Source: Bacilli bacterium
GTDB taxonomy: Bacteria; Bacillota_I; Bacilli_A; RF39; UBA660
Assembly: GCA_017441845.1 (NCBI GenBank)
Contig: JAFRVB010000005.1
Coordinates: 22,150-86,149 of the forward strand
Reading direction: 5' to 3'
Length of the DNA stretch: 64,000 bases
A model generated the notes under the pieces. It was not told the DNA's origin. It saw nothing but the letters and a program-made list of their open reading frames with translations, and ran no database searches. Positions 1 through 10,027 of the stretch are shown piece by piece (the first letter of the stretch is position 1; each line of letters opens with the position of its first letter). The position numbers were made by a program, and so were the translations under genes.

Positions 1-17
1 TCTTTTAGGAGGTTATT

Positions 18-1613
18 ATGATTTTTATAATAGTATTTCTTGTTTGTGGTTTCATATTATTAATATTTAAAAACAAAAAATATTTACATATGTTACAGCA
101 AAACCTTTATAATGAAAATAATCGTTATTTATCATGGTTAAGTAAAAACTTAAAATATTTTTTAGATGTTGATGTAATTATATTATTGTTGGCGATTATT
201 GCTTATTTTGCTGGGATATATTCTAGTGTTATTCTGTTGATTATGTCTTTGCTTGCTTTATATGGAGCATTTGTTTGGAATAGAAGAATTAAAAAAGATC
301 AAAATAAAAAACCATTAGTTGTTACTCCTAGAGTTAAAAGGTTAATTGTAACTACTAGTATTTTATTTTTAATAATTATTGTTATTATGTTTGTTACAAC
401 TTCTATTAAGACTAGATGGTTAATGATACTTATATTTACTATTATGATGTATTTAGATAGTATTTTGATTGTTATTAGTAATATTATTAATAGACCAGTA
501 GAAGGACTAGTAACCCTTCATTATAGAAGAATGGCTGTTAATAAACTTAGAAATATTAATGGCTTAAAAGTAATAGGTATTACTGGTAGTTATGGTAAGA
601 CTAGTAGTAAGAATATATTGGCTGATATATTAAATGTTAAATATAATACTTTTCCTAGCCCTAAAAATTTAAATACTCCTAAAGGATTGATGACAGCAAT
701 TAATAATCAGTTAGATAAATTTTGTGAAATATTCATTGCGGAAATGGGTGCTTATAAAAGAGGAGAAGTAAAAGAATTATGTGATTTTGTTCATCCTAAA
801 TATGGTATTTTAACTAGAATAGGTACTGCTCATTTGATGACATTTGGTTCACAAGAGAATATTCAAAAGGGTAAATTTGAACTTATTGAAAGTTTACCTA
901 GTGATGGATTTGGTGTGTTAAACGGAGATGATCCTTTACAAGTTAATTATAAACTTAAAAATAAAGTTAAAATTATCTGGATAGGTATTGATAATAAAGA
1001 TGTTGACGTTAGAGCAGAAAATATTAAATGTGATAATAAAGGTACTACTTTTGATTGTGTATTTAAAGGTGATGAAAAGAAATATAAATTTAATACCAAA
1101 CTATTAGGTAATCATAATGTATATAATATATTAGCTGGTATTGCTTTTGGTAGAGAGTTTGGTATTAGTATTGAAGATTTACAATCAGCAGTATCTTCAG
1201 TTAGAGCCGTTGAACATCGATTAGAACTTAAGAGACTTGGCAATTTTTATCAGATAGATGATGCTTATAATTCTAATCCTATAGGAGCCGAAAGTGCTTT
1301 AAAAGTACTTAATATGATGCCTGGAGTTAAAGTTGTTGTAACACCTGGTATGATTGAATTGGGGGACAAAGAAGATGAATATAATAAAGAGTTTGGAAAA
1401 CAAATTTCTAAAGTTGCTGATTATGTTGTTTTAGTTGGTGAAAAGAAAACCAAACCAATATATGAAGGGTTACTTGAGAAAGGGTTTGACAAAGATAAAA
1501 TAATGGTTTTAAATGATGTTAGAGAATCTTATAAATTTGTGTCTGATTTAGCAAATACTAATGAAGTTTATGCTTTATTTGAAAATGATTTACCAGATAC
1601 ATTTAATGAATAG
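18..1613 (+). CDS. murF: UDP-MurNAc-tripeptide--D-Ala-D-Ala ligase (MurF) with an extra ~170-aa N-terminal polytopic membrane domain
   Basis: Mur-ligase P-loop GITGSYGKTSS; MurF-type C-terminal motifs DAYNSNP and GMIELG; AGGAGG RBS at 6-11; ddl immediately downstream; the N-terminal 170 aa are strongly hydrophobic with about 4 TM helices. Confidence 0.7.
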   Translation: MIFIIVFLVCGFILLIFKNKKYLHMLQQNLYNENNRYLSWLSKNLKYFLDVDVIILLLAIIAYFAGIYSSVILLIMSLLALYGAFVWNRRIKKDQNKKPLVVTPRVKRLIVTTSILFLIIIVIMFVTTSIKTRWLMILIFTIMMYLDSILIVISNIINRPVEGLVTLHYRRMAVNKLRNINGLKVIGITGSYGKTSSKNILADILNVKYNTFPSPKNLNTPKGLMTAINNQLDKFCEIFIAEMGAYKRGEVKELCDFVHPKYGILTRIGTAHLMTFGSQENIQKGKFELIESLPSDGFGVLNGDDPLQVNYKLKNKVKIIWIGIDNKDVDVRAENIKCDNKGTTFDCVFKGDEKKYKFNTKLLGNHNVYNILAGIAFGREFGISIEDLQSAVSSVRAVEHRLELKRLGNFYQIDDAYNSNPIGAESALKVLNMMPGVKVVVTPGMIELGDKEDEYNKEFGKQISKVADYVVLVGEKKTKPIYEGLLEKGFDKDKIMVLNDVRESYKFVSDLANTNEVYALFENDLPDTFNE

Positions 1614-1633
1614 AAAATAGAGGTGTTTTATAA

Positions 1634-2884
1634 ATGGAAAAAATTAGAGTTGGGGTTATATTTGGTGGAAAAAGCGTAGAACATGAAGTTAGTATTATTT
1701 CAGCAATTACTGCTATGTATAAAATGGATCAAGAAAAGTATGACATTGTACCTATTTATATTACTAAAGAAGGTGAATGGTATACTGGGGAGTTTTTAAA
1801 GGATATTGAGTCTTTTAAAAATATGAATTTAATTAATACTTATGCTACTAACGTAGTATTAATGTTCTATAAAGGTAGATTTGTATTAAGAAAGAAAAAT
1901 GGATTTTTTAATAAAATTGTAGATGAAATAGATGTGGCATTTCCTATAGTACATGGTACTAATGTTGAAGATGGAGTTTTACAAGGTTATTTACAAACGG
2001 TTGGAATTCCTTATGCTGGACCAGATGTTTATGCTGGTGTTGTAGGTCAAGACAAAGTGCTTATGAAAGCTATCTTTAGTAAGGAAGATTTACCTATAAC
2101 TAAATATGAATGGTTTTATGATACTGAATTTAAGAAAGATCAAGAAAATGTGTTAAAGAAAGTGAAACGTTTAGAGTATCCTTTAATTGTTAAACCATCA
2201 TTAACTGGATCTTCTGTTGGTATTAGTACTGCTAGTAATGAAAAAGAACTAATTGATGCTATAAATGAAGCTATGCAATATGATAGTAAGATTATAGTTG
2301 AAGAAATGGTAGAAAATCTTAAAGAAGTTAATATTGCTGTTCTTGGTAATTATGAAAGTCAAAAGCTTAGTGAAATTGAAGAAGTACATGCTAAAGCCAA
2401 ATTTTTATCTTATCAAGATAAATATATTGGTGACGGAACTATTCAAGGTGGTGCTAAGAAATTTGGTGTTAAGAGTGGTGTAAAAGGAACAGTTAAAGGT
2501 GGAAAAACAGGAATGCCTTCTGCTTCTAAGATGCCTGCTGATTTAAAACCAGAAGTTAGAGCTAAAGTAGAAGAAGTTGCTAGAGGTGTATTTAGAGCTT
2601 TAGGATCTGCTGGTAATGCTAGAATAGATTTCTTAATTGATGATAAGAAGAATGAAGTATACGTTAATGAAATTAATTCAATTCCAGGAAGTTTAGCTTA
2701 CTATCTATGGGAAGGAAAAGGAATTGACTTTACTGAAGTACTTAATGATATGGTTAATATTGGAGTTAAAGATTTTAAGAAGAGAAATGGTAAAACTCAC
2801 TCATTTGATTCTAATATCTTAGCTGGATATACTTCTAATGGAGTAAAGGGAGTTAAAGGAACAAAAGGAAAACTAAGTAAATAG
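1634..2884 (+). CDS. ddl: D-alanine--D-alanine ligase carrying a Gly/Lys-rich omega-loop insertion and a K-rich C-terminal tail
   Basis: N-terminus RVGVIFGGKSVEHEVS and C-terminal EVYVNEINSIPG are typical ATP-grasp Ddl; the 416-aa length (versus about 350) comes from the insert GGAKKFGVKSGVKGTVKGGKTGMPSASKM. Confidence 0.8.
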   Translation: MEKIRVGVIFGGKSVEHEVSIISAITAMYKMDQEKYDIVPIYITKEGEWYTGEFLKDIESFKNMNLINTYATNVVLMFYKGRFVLRKKNGFFNKIVDEIDVAFPIVHGTNVEDGVLQGYLQTVGIPYAGPDVYAGVVGQDKVLMKAIFSKEDLPITKYEWFYDTEFKKDQENVLKKVKRLEYPLIVKPSLTGSSVGISTASNEKELIDAINEAMQYDSKIIVEEMVENLKEVNIAVLGNYESQKLSEIEEVHAKAKFLSYQDKYIGDGTIQGGAKKFGVKSGVKGTVKGGKTGMPSASKMPADLKPEVRAKVEEVARGVFRALGSAGNARIDFLIDDKKNEVYVNEINSIPGSLAYYLWEGKGIDFTEVLNDMVNIGVKDFKKRNGKTHSFDSNILAGYTSNGVKGVKGTKGKLSK

Positions 2885-2977
2885 TTTTCTTTTTTTTGTA
2901 AACAAAGTATACAAGTATGTAAATAAAGTGGTTTAACATATGAAATTATAATATAATAGTAGTATAAGGAAGGGTAT

Positions 2978-5128
2978 ATGAAATATAGTATGAAGAAAAA
3001 TTATAAATTTTATATAACAGTATTCCTTGTAATATTAATGATAATAACTACACTAATAAGTGTAGGTTTTGGTGCTTTAAATCAAAATTTAAATATAGCT
3101 GGTGATGTTGAATATACTGAAGATGTTAGTAATATGATTAAATCTTGGCCTTATAATAAGAATACAGAATTTCAAAATTCTACATACAGAAATAAAATCA
3201 AAACAGTAGATTTTTTAGATAATAAAACTATTCCTAGTAGTGCTGTTATTTCTTGGGATGTATCAGTAAATAGTGATGGAAAAGTAATGGCTTGGTTAAT
3301 GGATGATCCAAATAACGCTGGATTTTACAAATTGTACATTGGTGCAGATGGCGATGTAATTGCTAATACTAATTCAGAAAATTTGTTCAGTAATTTATTA
3401 GAAGTGGAAACGATTAATATTAATAATAATTTTGATACTTCAAAAGCAACTAATATGGATTCAATGTTTTCTGGATGTAAGAAAATAGTAAATATTGATT
3501 TAAGTGATTTTAATACATCAAGGGTTTCGTATATGAGATATATGTTTTCTGGATGTAGTAGTTTGACAAATATTGATTTAACGACTTTTGATATAAGTAG
3601 AGTATCATATATGACATATATGTTTTCTGATTGTTCAAGTTTGACAAATTTTAGTTTGACAAATTGTGATACCCCGTTTCTTATGAATATGGAAAATATG
3701 TTTAGAGGATGTAGTAGTCTAACTAGTATTAGCCTAACGAATTTTACTAATCCTATACTTCAAACTATGCATTGGATGTTTAATGATTGTACTAATCTAA
3801 CAACTATAAATCTAAGCGGTTTTAATACTTCGGATGTGTCAGATATGTCGTATGTATTTTATAATTGTAGCAGTTTGCAAAGTATAGACTTAACCGACTT
3901 TAATACAAGCAATGTAATAGATATGTCATTTATGTTTTGTAATTGCAGTAGTTTAACAAATTTAGATCTACGAAGTTTTAATACAAGTAGGGTAACAGAC
4001 ATGGATATGATGTTTGATGATTGTGGTAAATTAACAAGTCTTGATTTAACAAACTTTAATACAAGTAATGTAACAAATATGGGATGTATGTTTTCAAATT
4101 GTCAAAGACTAGTTAGTGTTGATTTAAGTACTTTTAATACCTCAAAAGTAATAGATATGACATGTATGTTCCTGGGATGTAATACTTTGACAAGTTTAGA
4201 TTTAAGTACGTTCAATACCTCAAAAGTTACAGATATGAGTAATATGTTTGATTCTTGTACAAATTTATCAAATTTAAATATAAGTAATTTTAATACTTCC
4301 AAAGTGACTAAAATGCAATATATGTTTTCATCTTGTGGTAATCTGACAAATCTCAATTTAAGTCACTTTGATACATCATCAGTAACTAATATGAGAAGTA
4401 TGTTTGATAAATGTTATGGTTTAACAAGTTTAGATGTAACAAACTTTAATACAGATAATGTAACAGATATGTATAGTATATTTTCTACTTGTACTAGGTT
4501 AACAAGTTTAGATGTTACAAGTTTTAGTACGACTAATGTAACAACTATGGAACGTATGTTTTATGGTTGTAGTAGTTTAACAAGCTTAGATGTAACCAAC
4601 TTTGATACATCCAAAGTAACAAATATGTATTGTATGTTTTATGGTTGTAGTAGTTTAACAAGCTTAGATGTATCACATTTTAATACAAGCAGTTCAACAA
4701 ATATGCAAAGTATGTTTTATGGTTGTAGTAGTTTAACAAGCTTAGATGTAACACACTTTAATACGAGTAATGTAACTACTATGGGAAGAATGTTTGCTGG
4801 ATGCAGTAGTATAAACTCATTATCTTTAAGTAATTTTAACACATCACAAGTAACTGATATGAGTTCTATGTTTTCAGGTTGTAATAGTATGGCAAGTATT
4901 AATTTATCAAGTTTTAATACATCTTCAGTTACAAATATGTCATATATGTTCAATGCATGTAGTTCATTAACTGAAATAAAAATCTCTTCTTTATGGGATG
5001 TGTCTAATGTAACTAGTAGTTCTTATATGTTTTCAAGTTGCACTAATTTACCCAATTATAATTCGAGTTATGTTGATAAAAGTATGGCTAAACCAACAAC
5101 TCAAGGAGGATATTTAACTTTAGTTTGA
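2978..5128 (+). CDS. BspA-type leucine-rich-repeat surface protein (DUF285 / mycoplasma-lipoprotein-type LRR) with an N-terminal signal-anchor
   Basis: About 20 tandem ~26-aa repeats of the form NFNTS.VT.M..MF..CSSLTSLDL; N-terminal hydrophobic segment; no C-terminal sorting signal. Confidence 0.75.
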   Translation: MKYSMKKNYKFYITVFLVILMIITTLISVGFGALNQNLNIAGDVEYTEDVSNMIKSWPYNKNTEFQNSTYRNKIKTVDFLDNKTIPSSAVISWDVSVNSDGKVMAWLMDDPNNAGFYKLYIGADGDVIANTNSENLFSNLLEVETININNNFDTSKATNMDSMFSGCKKIVNIDLSDFNTSRVSYMRYMFSGCSSLTNIDLTTFDISRVSYMTYMFSDCSSLTNFSLTNCDTPFLMNMENMFRGCSSLTSISLTNFTNPILQTMHWMFNDCTNLTTINLSGFNTSDVSDMSYVFYNCSSLQSIDLTDFNTSNVIDMSFMFCNCSSLTNLDLRSFNTSRVTDMDMMFDDCGKLTSLDLTNFNTSNVTNMGCMFSNCQRLVSVDLSTFNTSKVIDMTCMFLGCNTLTSLDLSTFNTSKVTDMSNMFDSCTNLSNLNISNFNTSKVTKMQYMFSSCGNLTNLNLSHFDTSSVTNMRSMFDKCYGLTSLDVTNFNTDNVTDMYSIFSTCTRLTSLDVTSFSTTNVTTMERMFYGCSSLTSLDVTNFDTSKVTNMYCMFYGCSSLTSLDVSHFNTSSSTNMQSMFYGCSSLTSLDVTHFNTSNVTTMGRMFAGCSSINSLSLSNFNTSQVTDMSSMFSGCNSMASINLSSFNTSSVTNMSYMFNACSSLTEIKISSLWDVSNVTSSSYMFSSCTNLPNYNSSYVDKSMAKPTTQGGYLTLV

Positions 5129-5137
5129 TAAATAAAA

Positions 5138-5160
5138 AAAGAAGCAAATGCTTCTTTTTA
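5138..5160 (+). terminator. Rho-independent terminator after the LRR gene
   Basis: Hairpin aagaagcaaatgcttctt followed by a T-run. Confidence 0.6.
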
Positions 5161-5168
5161 TTTTAAAA

Positions 5169-5244
5169 TGGTGTCCCCTCGGAGGCTCGAACTCCGGACC
5201 CACTGATTAAGAGTCAGTTGCTCTACCAACTGAGCTAAGGAGAC
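5169..5244 (-). tRNA. tRNA-Lys (anticodon CTT)
   Basis: Reverse complement folds as a cloverleaf: acceptor GTCTCCT/AGGGGAC, T-loop TTCGAGC, anticodon loop CUCUUAA, discriminator A plus CCA. Confidence 0.8.
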
Positions 5245-5355
5245 GTCTTTAATAACAATGATATTTTATAATATTTTTTGTATATTTACAAGACTTTTTA
5301 TTGTTTTTTAATAAATTTTATCTATTTTATGATATATTTTAATTGGTGAGATTAA

Positions 5356-7640
5356 TGGCTGTAAAAAGATACAACCCAGAATTAAACTTTGGTCTTAGTG
5401 ATAGTGAAGTAGCTGAAAGATATAAAGATCATTTAGTTAACTATGATACTAGTGTTAAGACTAAGTCTGTTAAGGATATAGTAATTACTAATGTATTTAC
5501 TATTTTTAACATGGTCAATTTATTTTTAGCTATTATGGTATTAACTACAGGTAGTTTTAAAAACTTGTTATTTATGGGTGGAATTATCTTAAATACATTA
5601 ATCGCTATAGTACAAGAGTTACGTAGTAAAGCTACTTTAGATAAATTACAAGTTATTAATGAAAGTAAAGTTAAAGTAATTAGAAGTGGTAAAGAAGAGC
5701 TTTTAGGACTAAGTAGTATTGTTTTAGATGATTTAGTTGATTTAGAAATGGGTAATCAAATAGTAGTAGATTCTATTATTATGGATGGTGAAGTAGAAGT
5801 TAATGAATCATTTATTACAGGAGAAGCTGATACTATATATAAAAAGAAAGGTGATATGTTATTATCTGGATCTTTTATAGTTAGTGGTAATTGTAGATGT
5901 AAAGTTGAACATATTGGTTTAGATAATTATACTGCGAAGATTAGTGCAGTTACTAAAAATATTAGAAATAATAGTAGTGAAATAATGAAAAATTTAAATA
6001 AAATTATTACTACTGTATCATTTGTAATAATTCCTTTAGGTATACTTTTATATTATAAACAATTAAGTATTCCTGGTAATACTAGTGATTCTGCTATACT
6101 TAATACAGTTGCTGCGTTAATAGGTATGATTCCAGAGGGATTAGTACTTTTAACAAGTACCGTATTAGCTGTTGGAGTAGTTAGATTAGCTGCTAGAAAA
6201 GTATTAGTTCAAGATATTTATTGTATAGAAGCTTTAGCTAGAGTAGATACTATTTGTTTAGATAAGACTGGTACTATTACTGAAGGTATTATGGAAGTTG
6301 AAGAAGTTATTGATTTAGAAGATATTAATACTGAAGAGATAATTGCGAATATTAATAGTACTTTGAATGAAAACAATCCTACTGGAATTGCTTTGAAAAA
6401 TAAATTTGGATTAAAAGAAAATTATAAAGTTATAGAAAAAATCCCTTTTAACAGTGCTAAAAAATATAGTGGTGTTGAATTTAAAGAAGGTAAGTATTTA
6501 ATTGGAGCACCTGAATTTATACTTGGTGATCATTTTAAAAAATATGAAAAAGAAATAAATAAGTATATTGAAAAGTATAGGGTTATTGGTTTGTGTAAAG
6601 ATAATAAATTATTATCCATATTATTATTACAAGATAAAGTAAGAAAAGAAGCTAAAGATACCTTGGATTATTTTAAAAAGCAAGATGTTAAAGTTAAAAT
6701 AATATCTGGAGATAATCCTAATACTGTTTACAATATAGCAGTTAAAGCTGGACTTGATCCTGAAACCAAATGGATTGATGCTAGAGAATTAGATACTGAT
6801 GAAAAGATATTTAATAATATCGATAAGTATGATGTTTTTGGAAGAGTTAGTCCAGAACAAAAGAGAAAATTTATTTTAGCGTTACAAAGGAAAGGGCACT
6901 CTGTAGCAATGACTGGTGATGGTGTTAATGATGTATTAGCTTTAAAAGAGGCAGATTGTTCTGTAGCTATGGCTAGTGGTACTGATGCTGCTAAAAATGT
7001 TTCTCAATTAGTATTATTAGATTCTAATTTTGCAAGTATGCCTCATATTGTAGGTGAGGGTAGAAGAAGTATTAATAATATTCAAAGAAGTGCATCACTA
7101 TTCTTAGTTAAGACTATCTATGCATCTGTTTTAGCATTCTTATTCTTGTTTATTAATGCAGCATATCCGTTCATACCTATTCAATTAACTTTAACTAGTG
7201 TTTTAACTATAGGTATACCTTCAGTTGTATTAGGTTTAGAACCTAATTATGATAGAGTTAGGGGTAAATTCATGGTAAATGTACTTTCTCGTGCAATACC
7301 AGCCGCAATAAGTGTAATAATATCAGTTTTAGTTGTATCTTTAGTAGGAAGTTTATTCAATATGACAACTACCCAGATTTCCACTTTAACAGCTATTATT
7401 ACGACATTTAATTTATTTGTATTATTATATAAAACATGTATTCTGTTTAATTTATTACATAAAGTACTATTTGGTACAATGTTGGCTGCCTTTATAGTTC
7501 TATTCTTTGCACTTAATAGTTTCTTTGGATTCAGTCATTTTAATTTATTAATGATAATTATATTAATATGTTGTGGAGTAATTAGTTATTATATATATAC
7601 TTTTATTGAAGATAAGATAAAAACTTTTGTTAAAATATAA
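5356..7640 (+). CDS. Cation-transporting P-type ATPase (type II, Ca2+/Mg2+-type)
   Basis: DKTGTIT phosphorylation site, PEGL TM4 motif and TGDGVNDVLALKEAD hinge; about 10 TM segments; start at the ATG after the ggtgag RBS (the ORF-track start is 13 codons upstream). Confidence 0.85.
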
Positions 7641-7736
7641 CTTGACTACTAGTAATATTTTAGTGTATTCTATTATTGCTTTGATTTTATACTTGATTTT
7701 TTTGCGATTTTAGTATAGAATTAAGTAGTCAGTTTT

Positions 7737-7813
<77 letters not shown>

Positions 7814-7818
7814 TATAT

Positions 7819-7895
7819 GCCTCAATAGCTCAGTTGGTTAGAGCACTTGACTGTTAATCAAGGGGTCCTAGGTTCAAGTCCTAGTTGGGGCGCCA
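7819..7895 (+). tRNA. tRNA-Asn (anticodon GTT)
   Basis: Acceptor GCCTCAA/TTGGGGC; anticodon loop CTGTTAA; CCA end. Confidence 0.85.
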
Positions 7896-7903
7896 TTTTA
7901 TTT

Positions 7904-7980
7904 GGCGAGTTGGTGAAGCGGCTTAACACACTGCCCTTTCACGGCAGCATTCACGGATTCGAATTCCGTACTCGTCACCA
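7904..7980 (+). tRNA. tRNA-Glu (anticodon TTC)
   Basis: Anticodon stem CTGCC/GGCAG with loop CTTTCAC; T-loop TTCGAAT; CCA end; resembles Bacillus tRNA-Glu. Confidence 0.8.
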
Positions 7981-7985
7981 TTTGT

Positions 7986-8004
7986 TTATTAATCCCGAGA
8001 AAGG
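7986..8004 (+). terminator. Hairpin followed by a T-run downstream of tRNA-Glu
   Basis: cccgagaaagggatttttt. Confidence 0.5.
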
Positions 8005-8055
8005 GATTTTTTATTGACATTTAAGAGCTTTTTATGTCATACTATATATGCAGTC

Positions 8056-8147
8056 GGAGCAGTACTCAAGAGGCTGAAGAGGACAGTTTGCTAAACTGTT
8101 AGATCGGGTATACTGGTGCGAGGGTTCGAATCCCTCCTGCTCCGCCA
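8056..8147 (+). tRNA. tRNA-Ser (anticodon GCT), class II with a long variable arm
   Basis: Acceptor GGAGCAG/CTGCTCC; anticodon loop TTGCTAA; long extra arm; CCA end; a TTGACA promoter-like box lies just upstream. Confidence 0.8.
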
Positions 8148-8152
8148 TTTAA

Positions 8153-8181
8153 AAATAACGTTGGAATAAACGTTTTTTTGT
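8153..8181 (+). terminator. Rho-independent terminator after the tRNA cluster
   Basis: aaacgttggaataaacgttttttt. Confidence 0.65.
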
Positions 8182-8256
8182 TGCGATAATTTATACTTTG
8201 TTATATAGTATATATTGTATTTATTTGAAATTTTTGTCGATTGAATTGAAAAAAAC

Positions 8257-8285
8257 TTGCTTTTTACACCATTTTGTGGTATAAT
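8257..8285 (+). promoter_or_regulatory. Sigma-A-type promoter with an extended -10 element
   Basis: TTGCTT, a 17-nt spacer and TGgTATAAT; this lies inside the N-terminal part of the ORF-track call 8274..9935, so the true start of that gene is 8313. Confidence 0.6.
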
Positions 8286-8312
8286 CTATTCGATTCGAGG
8301 GGGAGTGAAATT

Positions 8313-9935
8313 ATGAACAAGAATTGGAAAATAGTTTTAATGGTAGTTGTTATGTTATTCACAGCAATATTTACTATTACTGATGTTAACGCTACAAATA
8401 CTATTAAGTTAACTAGCAAGTCTTATATTAAGGCTGGTGGAAGAAATCATGCTTGGTTTAAAACAAATGCTGGTTATGCATATTGTATAACTCCAAAGAA
8501 GACAGGTCCTAGTGTTGGTACTAAGATGCATCTTGATAAAGAGATCACTGGTACTAGTGGAAATGTACTTTATTACATGTTAAAGAATGATAATCCAAGC
8601 AATAAAAACAACTATGTTTATACACAAGCTGCTATCTGGAGATATTATAATAATTATGTTCCTTATAAATCAGGATCAACTGTAATATCTAAGAGTAAAA
8701 CTATAGTTAGCAAAGCTAAAGCTTCTAAAGCTACACCAAAGAGAGTTGGTATTACTGTAGTTAATAAATCAGGTTCTATGTCTATTAGTAGTGATAATAA
8801 ATATTATCAATCTGGTAAGTTTACTATTAAAACTACAAGTGGTACAAAATATACTGCAAGTGTTAGTGGAAAAGCTTATATTGTAAACGTTAGTGGAAAC
8901 AAGCAAACAACATTTAATTCTGGAGATAGTTTCTATGTTAGAGTAAATGATGCTGACGTTACTAAAAGTCTTACATTTACTATAACTATTAAAACTTCAG
9001 GAACTAATGAATATGTTAGAGTTTACTCAACTGGAAAGAGCTCTTATCAAAAATTAGTATTATTAGATAGTGAGAGTAAATCTGCATCTAAACAACTTAG
9101 TGTTGCAGTTACTCCAGTTAAGAGAGTTTGTACTTATGTTAATGGTAAGTACTATGGTAAAAACGGTACAGTAGTTTCAGAGGCTACATATAAAGATGAA
9201 TGTATGCCAAAATGTGAAGAAAAAGATGGTAAATACTACGATGATAAAGGTAACACTGTTGATAAGGTTACTTATATAAAAATTTGTAAAAAACCAGTTT
9301 GTTCTAAAGTTGATGATATCTTCTTTGGAAAAGATGGTGAAGTAGTTACTGAAGATGTATTTAGGGATCAATGTATGCCAAAATGTGAAGAAAAAGATGG
9401 TAAATACTTTGACGACAAAGGTAACGAAATTGATAAAATCAACTATTACAAAATATGTATAAAACCAACTTGTGAAAAAATAGATGATACTTACTTTGGT
9501 AAAGACGGAAGTATAGTTACTGAAGAAGAATTTAGTAATCAATGTATTCCTAAATGTATAGAAAAAGATGGAAAATATTATGATGATAAAGGTAATGAAA
9601 CTGACAAAACTACATACATCAAAGTATGTAAAAAACCAATTTGTGAAAAAGTAGATGATACTTATTTCGGTAAAAATGGTGATGTAGTTAGCGAATCTGA
9701 ATACAAAAAACAATGTGTTCATGTTTGTGAAGTTTATAATAACCAATATTATGGTAAAGATGGTCTAGTAGTAAGTAAAGAAACTTACAAAGATGAATGT
9801 GAACATGTAGTTGTTCCTGTTCCAAATACTGGTACTAGCTTATTAGAATCATTATTATATATTGTTTTGGGTACAGGTATTGTACTTGGTGGTTTAGGAT
9901 TTGTTGGTTACCAAAATAAACTTTCTGTAAAGTAA
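8313..9935 (+). CDS. Thioester-domain (TQxA-type) cell-wall-anchored adhesin with Cys-rich tandem repeats
   Basis: Signal peptide MNKNWKIVLMVVVMLF after the gagggggag RBS; Cys in NAGYAYCITPKK and the TQxAIW motif YVYTQAAIWRY; about 3.5 repeats of 57 aa each with 4 Cys; C-terminal PVPNTG, then a hydrophobic stretch and a basic tail. Confidence 0.7.
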   Translation: MNKNWKIVLMVVVMLFTAIFTITDVNATNTIKLTSKSYIKAGGRNHAWFKTNAGYAYCITPKKTGPSVGTKMHLDKEITGTSGNVLYYMLKNDNPSNKNNYVYTQAAIWRYYNNYVPYKSGSTVISKSKTIVSKAKASKATPKRVGITVVNKSGSMSISSDNKYYQSGKFTIKTTSGTKYTASVSGKAYIVNVSGNKQTTFNSGDSFYVRVNDADVTKSLTFTITIKTSGTNEYVRVYSTGKSSYQKLVLLDSESKSASKQLSVAVTPVKRVCTYVNGKYYGKNGTVVSEATYKDECMPKCEEKDGKYYDDKGNTVDKVTYIKICKKPVCSKVDDIFFGKDGEVVTEDVFRDQCMPKCEEKDGKYFDDKGNEIDKINYYKICIKPTCEKIDDTYFGKDGSIVTEEEFSNQCIPKCIEKDGKYYDDKGNETDKTTYIKVCKKPICEKVDDTYFGKNGDVVSESEYKKQCVHVCEVYNNQYYGKDGLVVSKETYKDECEHVVVPVPNTGTSLLESLLYIVLGTGIVLGGLGFVGYQNKLSVK

Positions 9936-9944
9936 TATGAAAAG

Positions 9945-9970
9945 AATGAATTTATTCATTCTTTTTTTTG
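9945..9970 (+). terminator. Rho-independent terminator
   Basis: aagaatgaatttattcattctttttttt. Confidence 0.65.
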
Positions 9971-10027
9971 TTGCTATAGTAGAGAGAAACCGAAATTTAT
10001 GGTATACTAAAGTGAGGAGTGATATTT

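Noticed and set aside
4102-4953. Antisense ORFs (84 and 78 aa) inside the LRR gene
   Set aside because: They are artefacts of the periodic repeat sequence. Their translations are repeat-shaped (VTLEVLKLLI...) and they are fully embedded in a strongly supported plus-strand CDS.
9177-9746. 189-aa minus-strand ORF inside the thioester adhesin gene
   Set aside because: Poly-Phe/Ile low-complexity translation from the antisense of Lys/Glu-rich repeats. It has no RBS and is embedded in a supported CDS.
10019-10027. GTG start of the giant glucan-synthase-like ORF
   Set aside because: The GTG overlaps the RBS (gaggagTG). The ATG at 10028 has canonical spacing.
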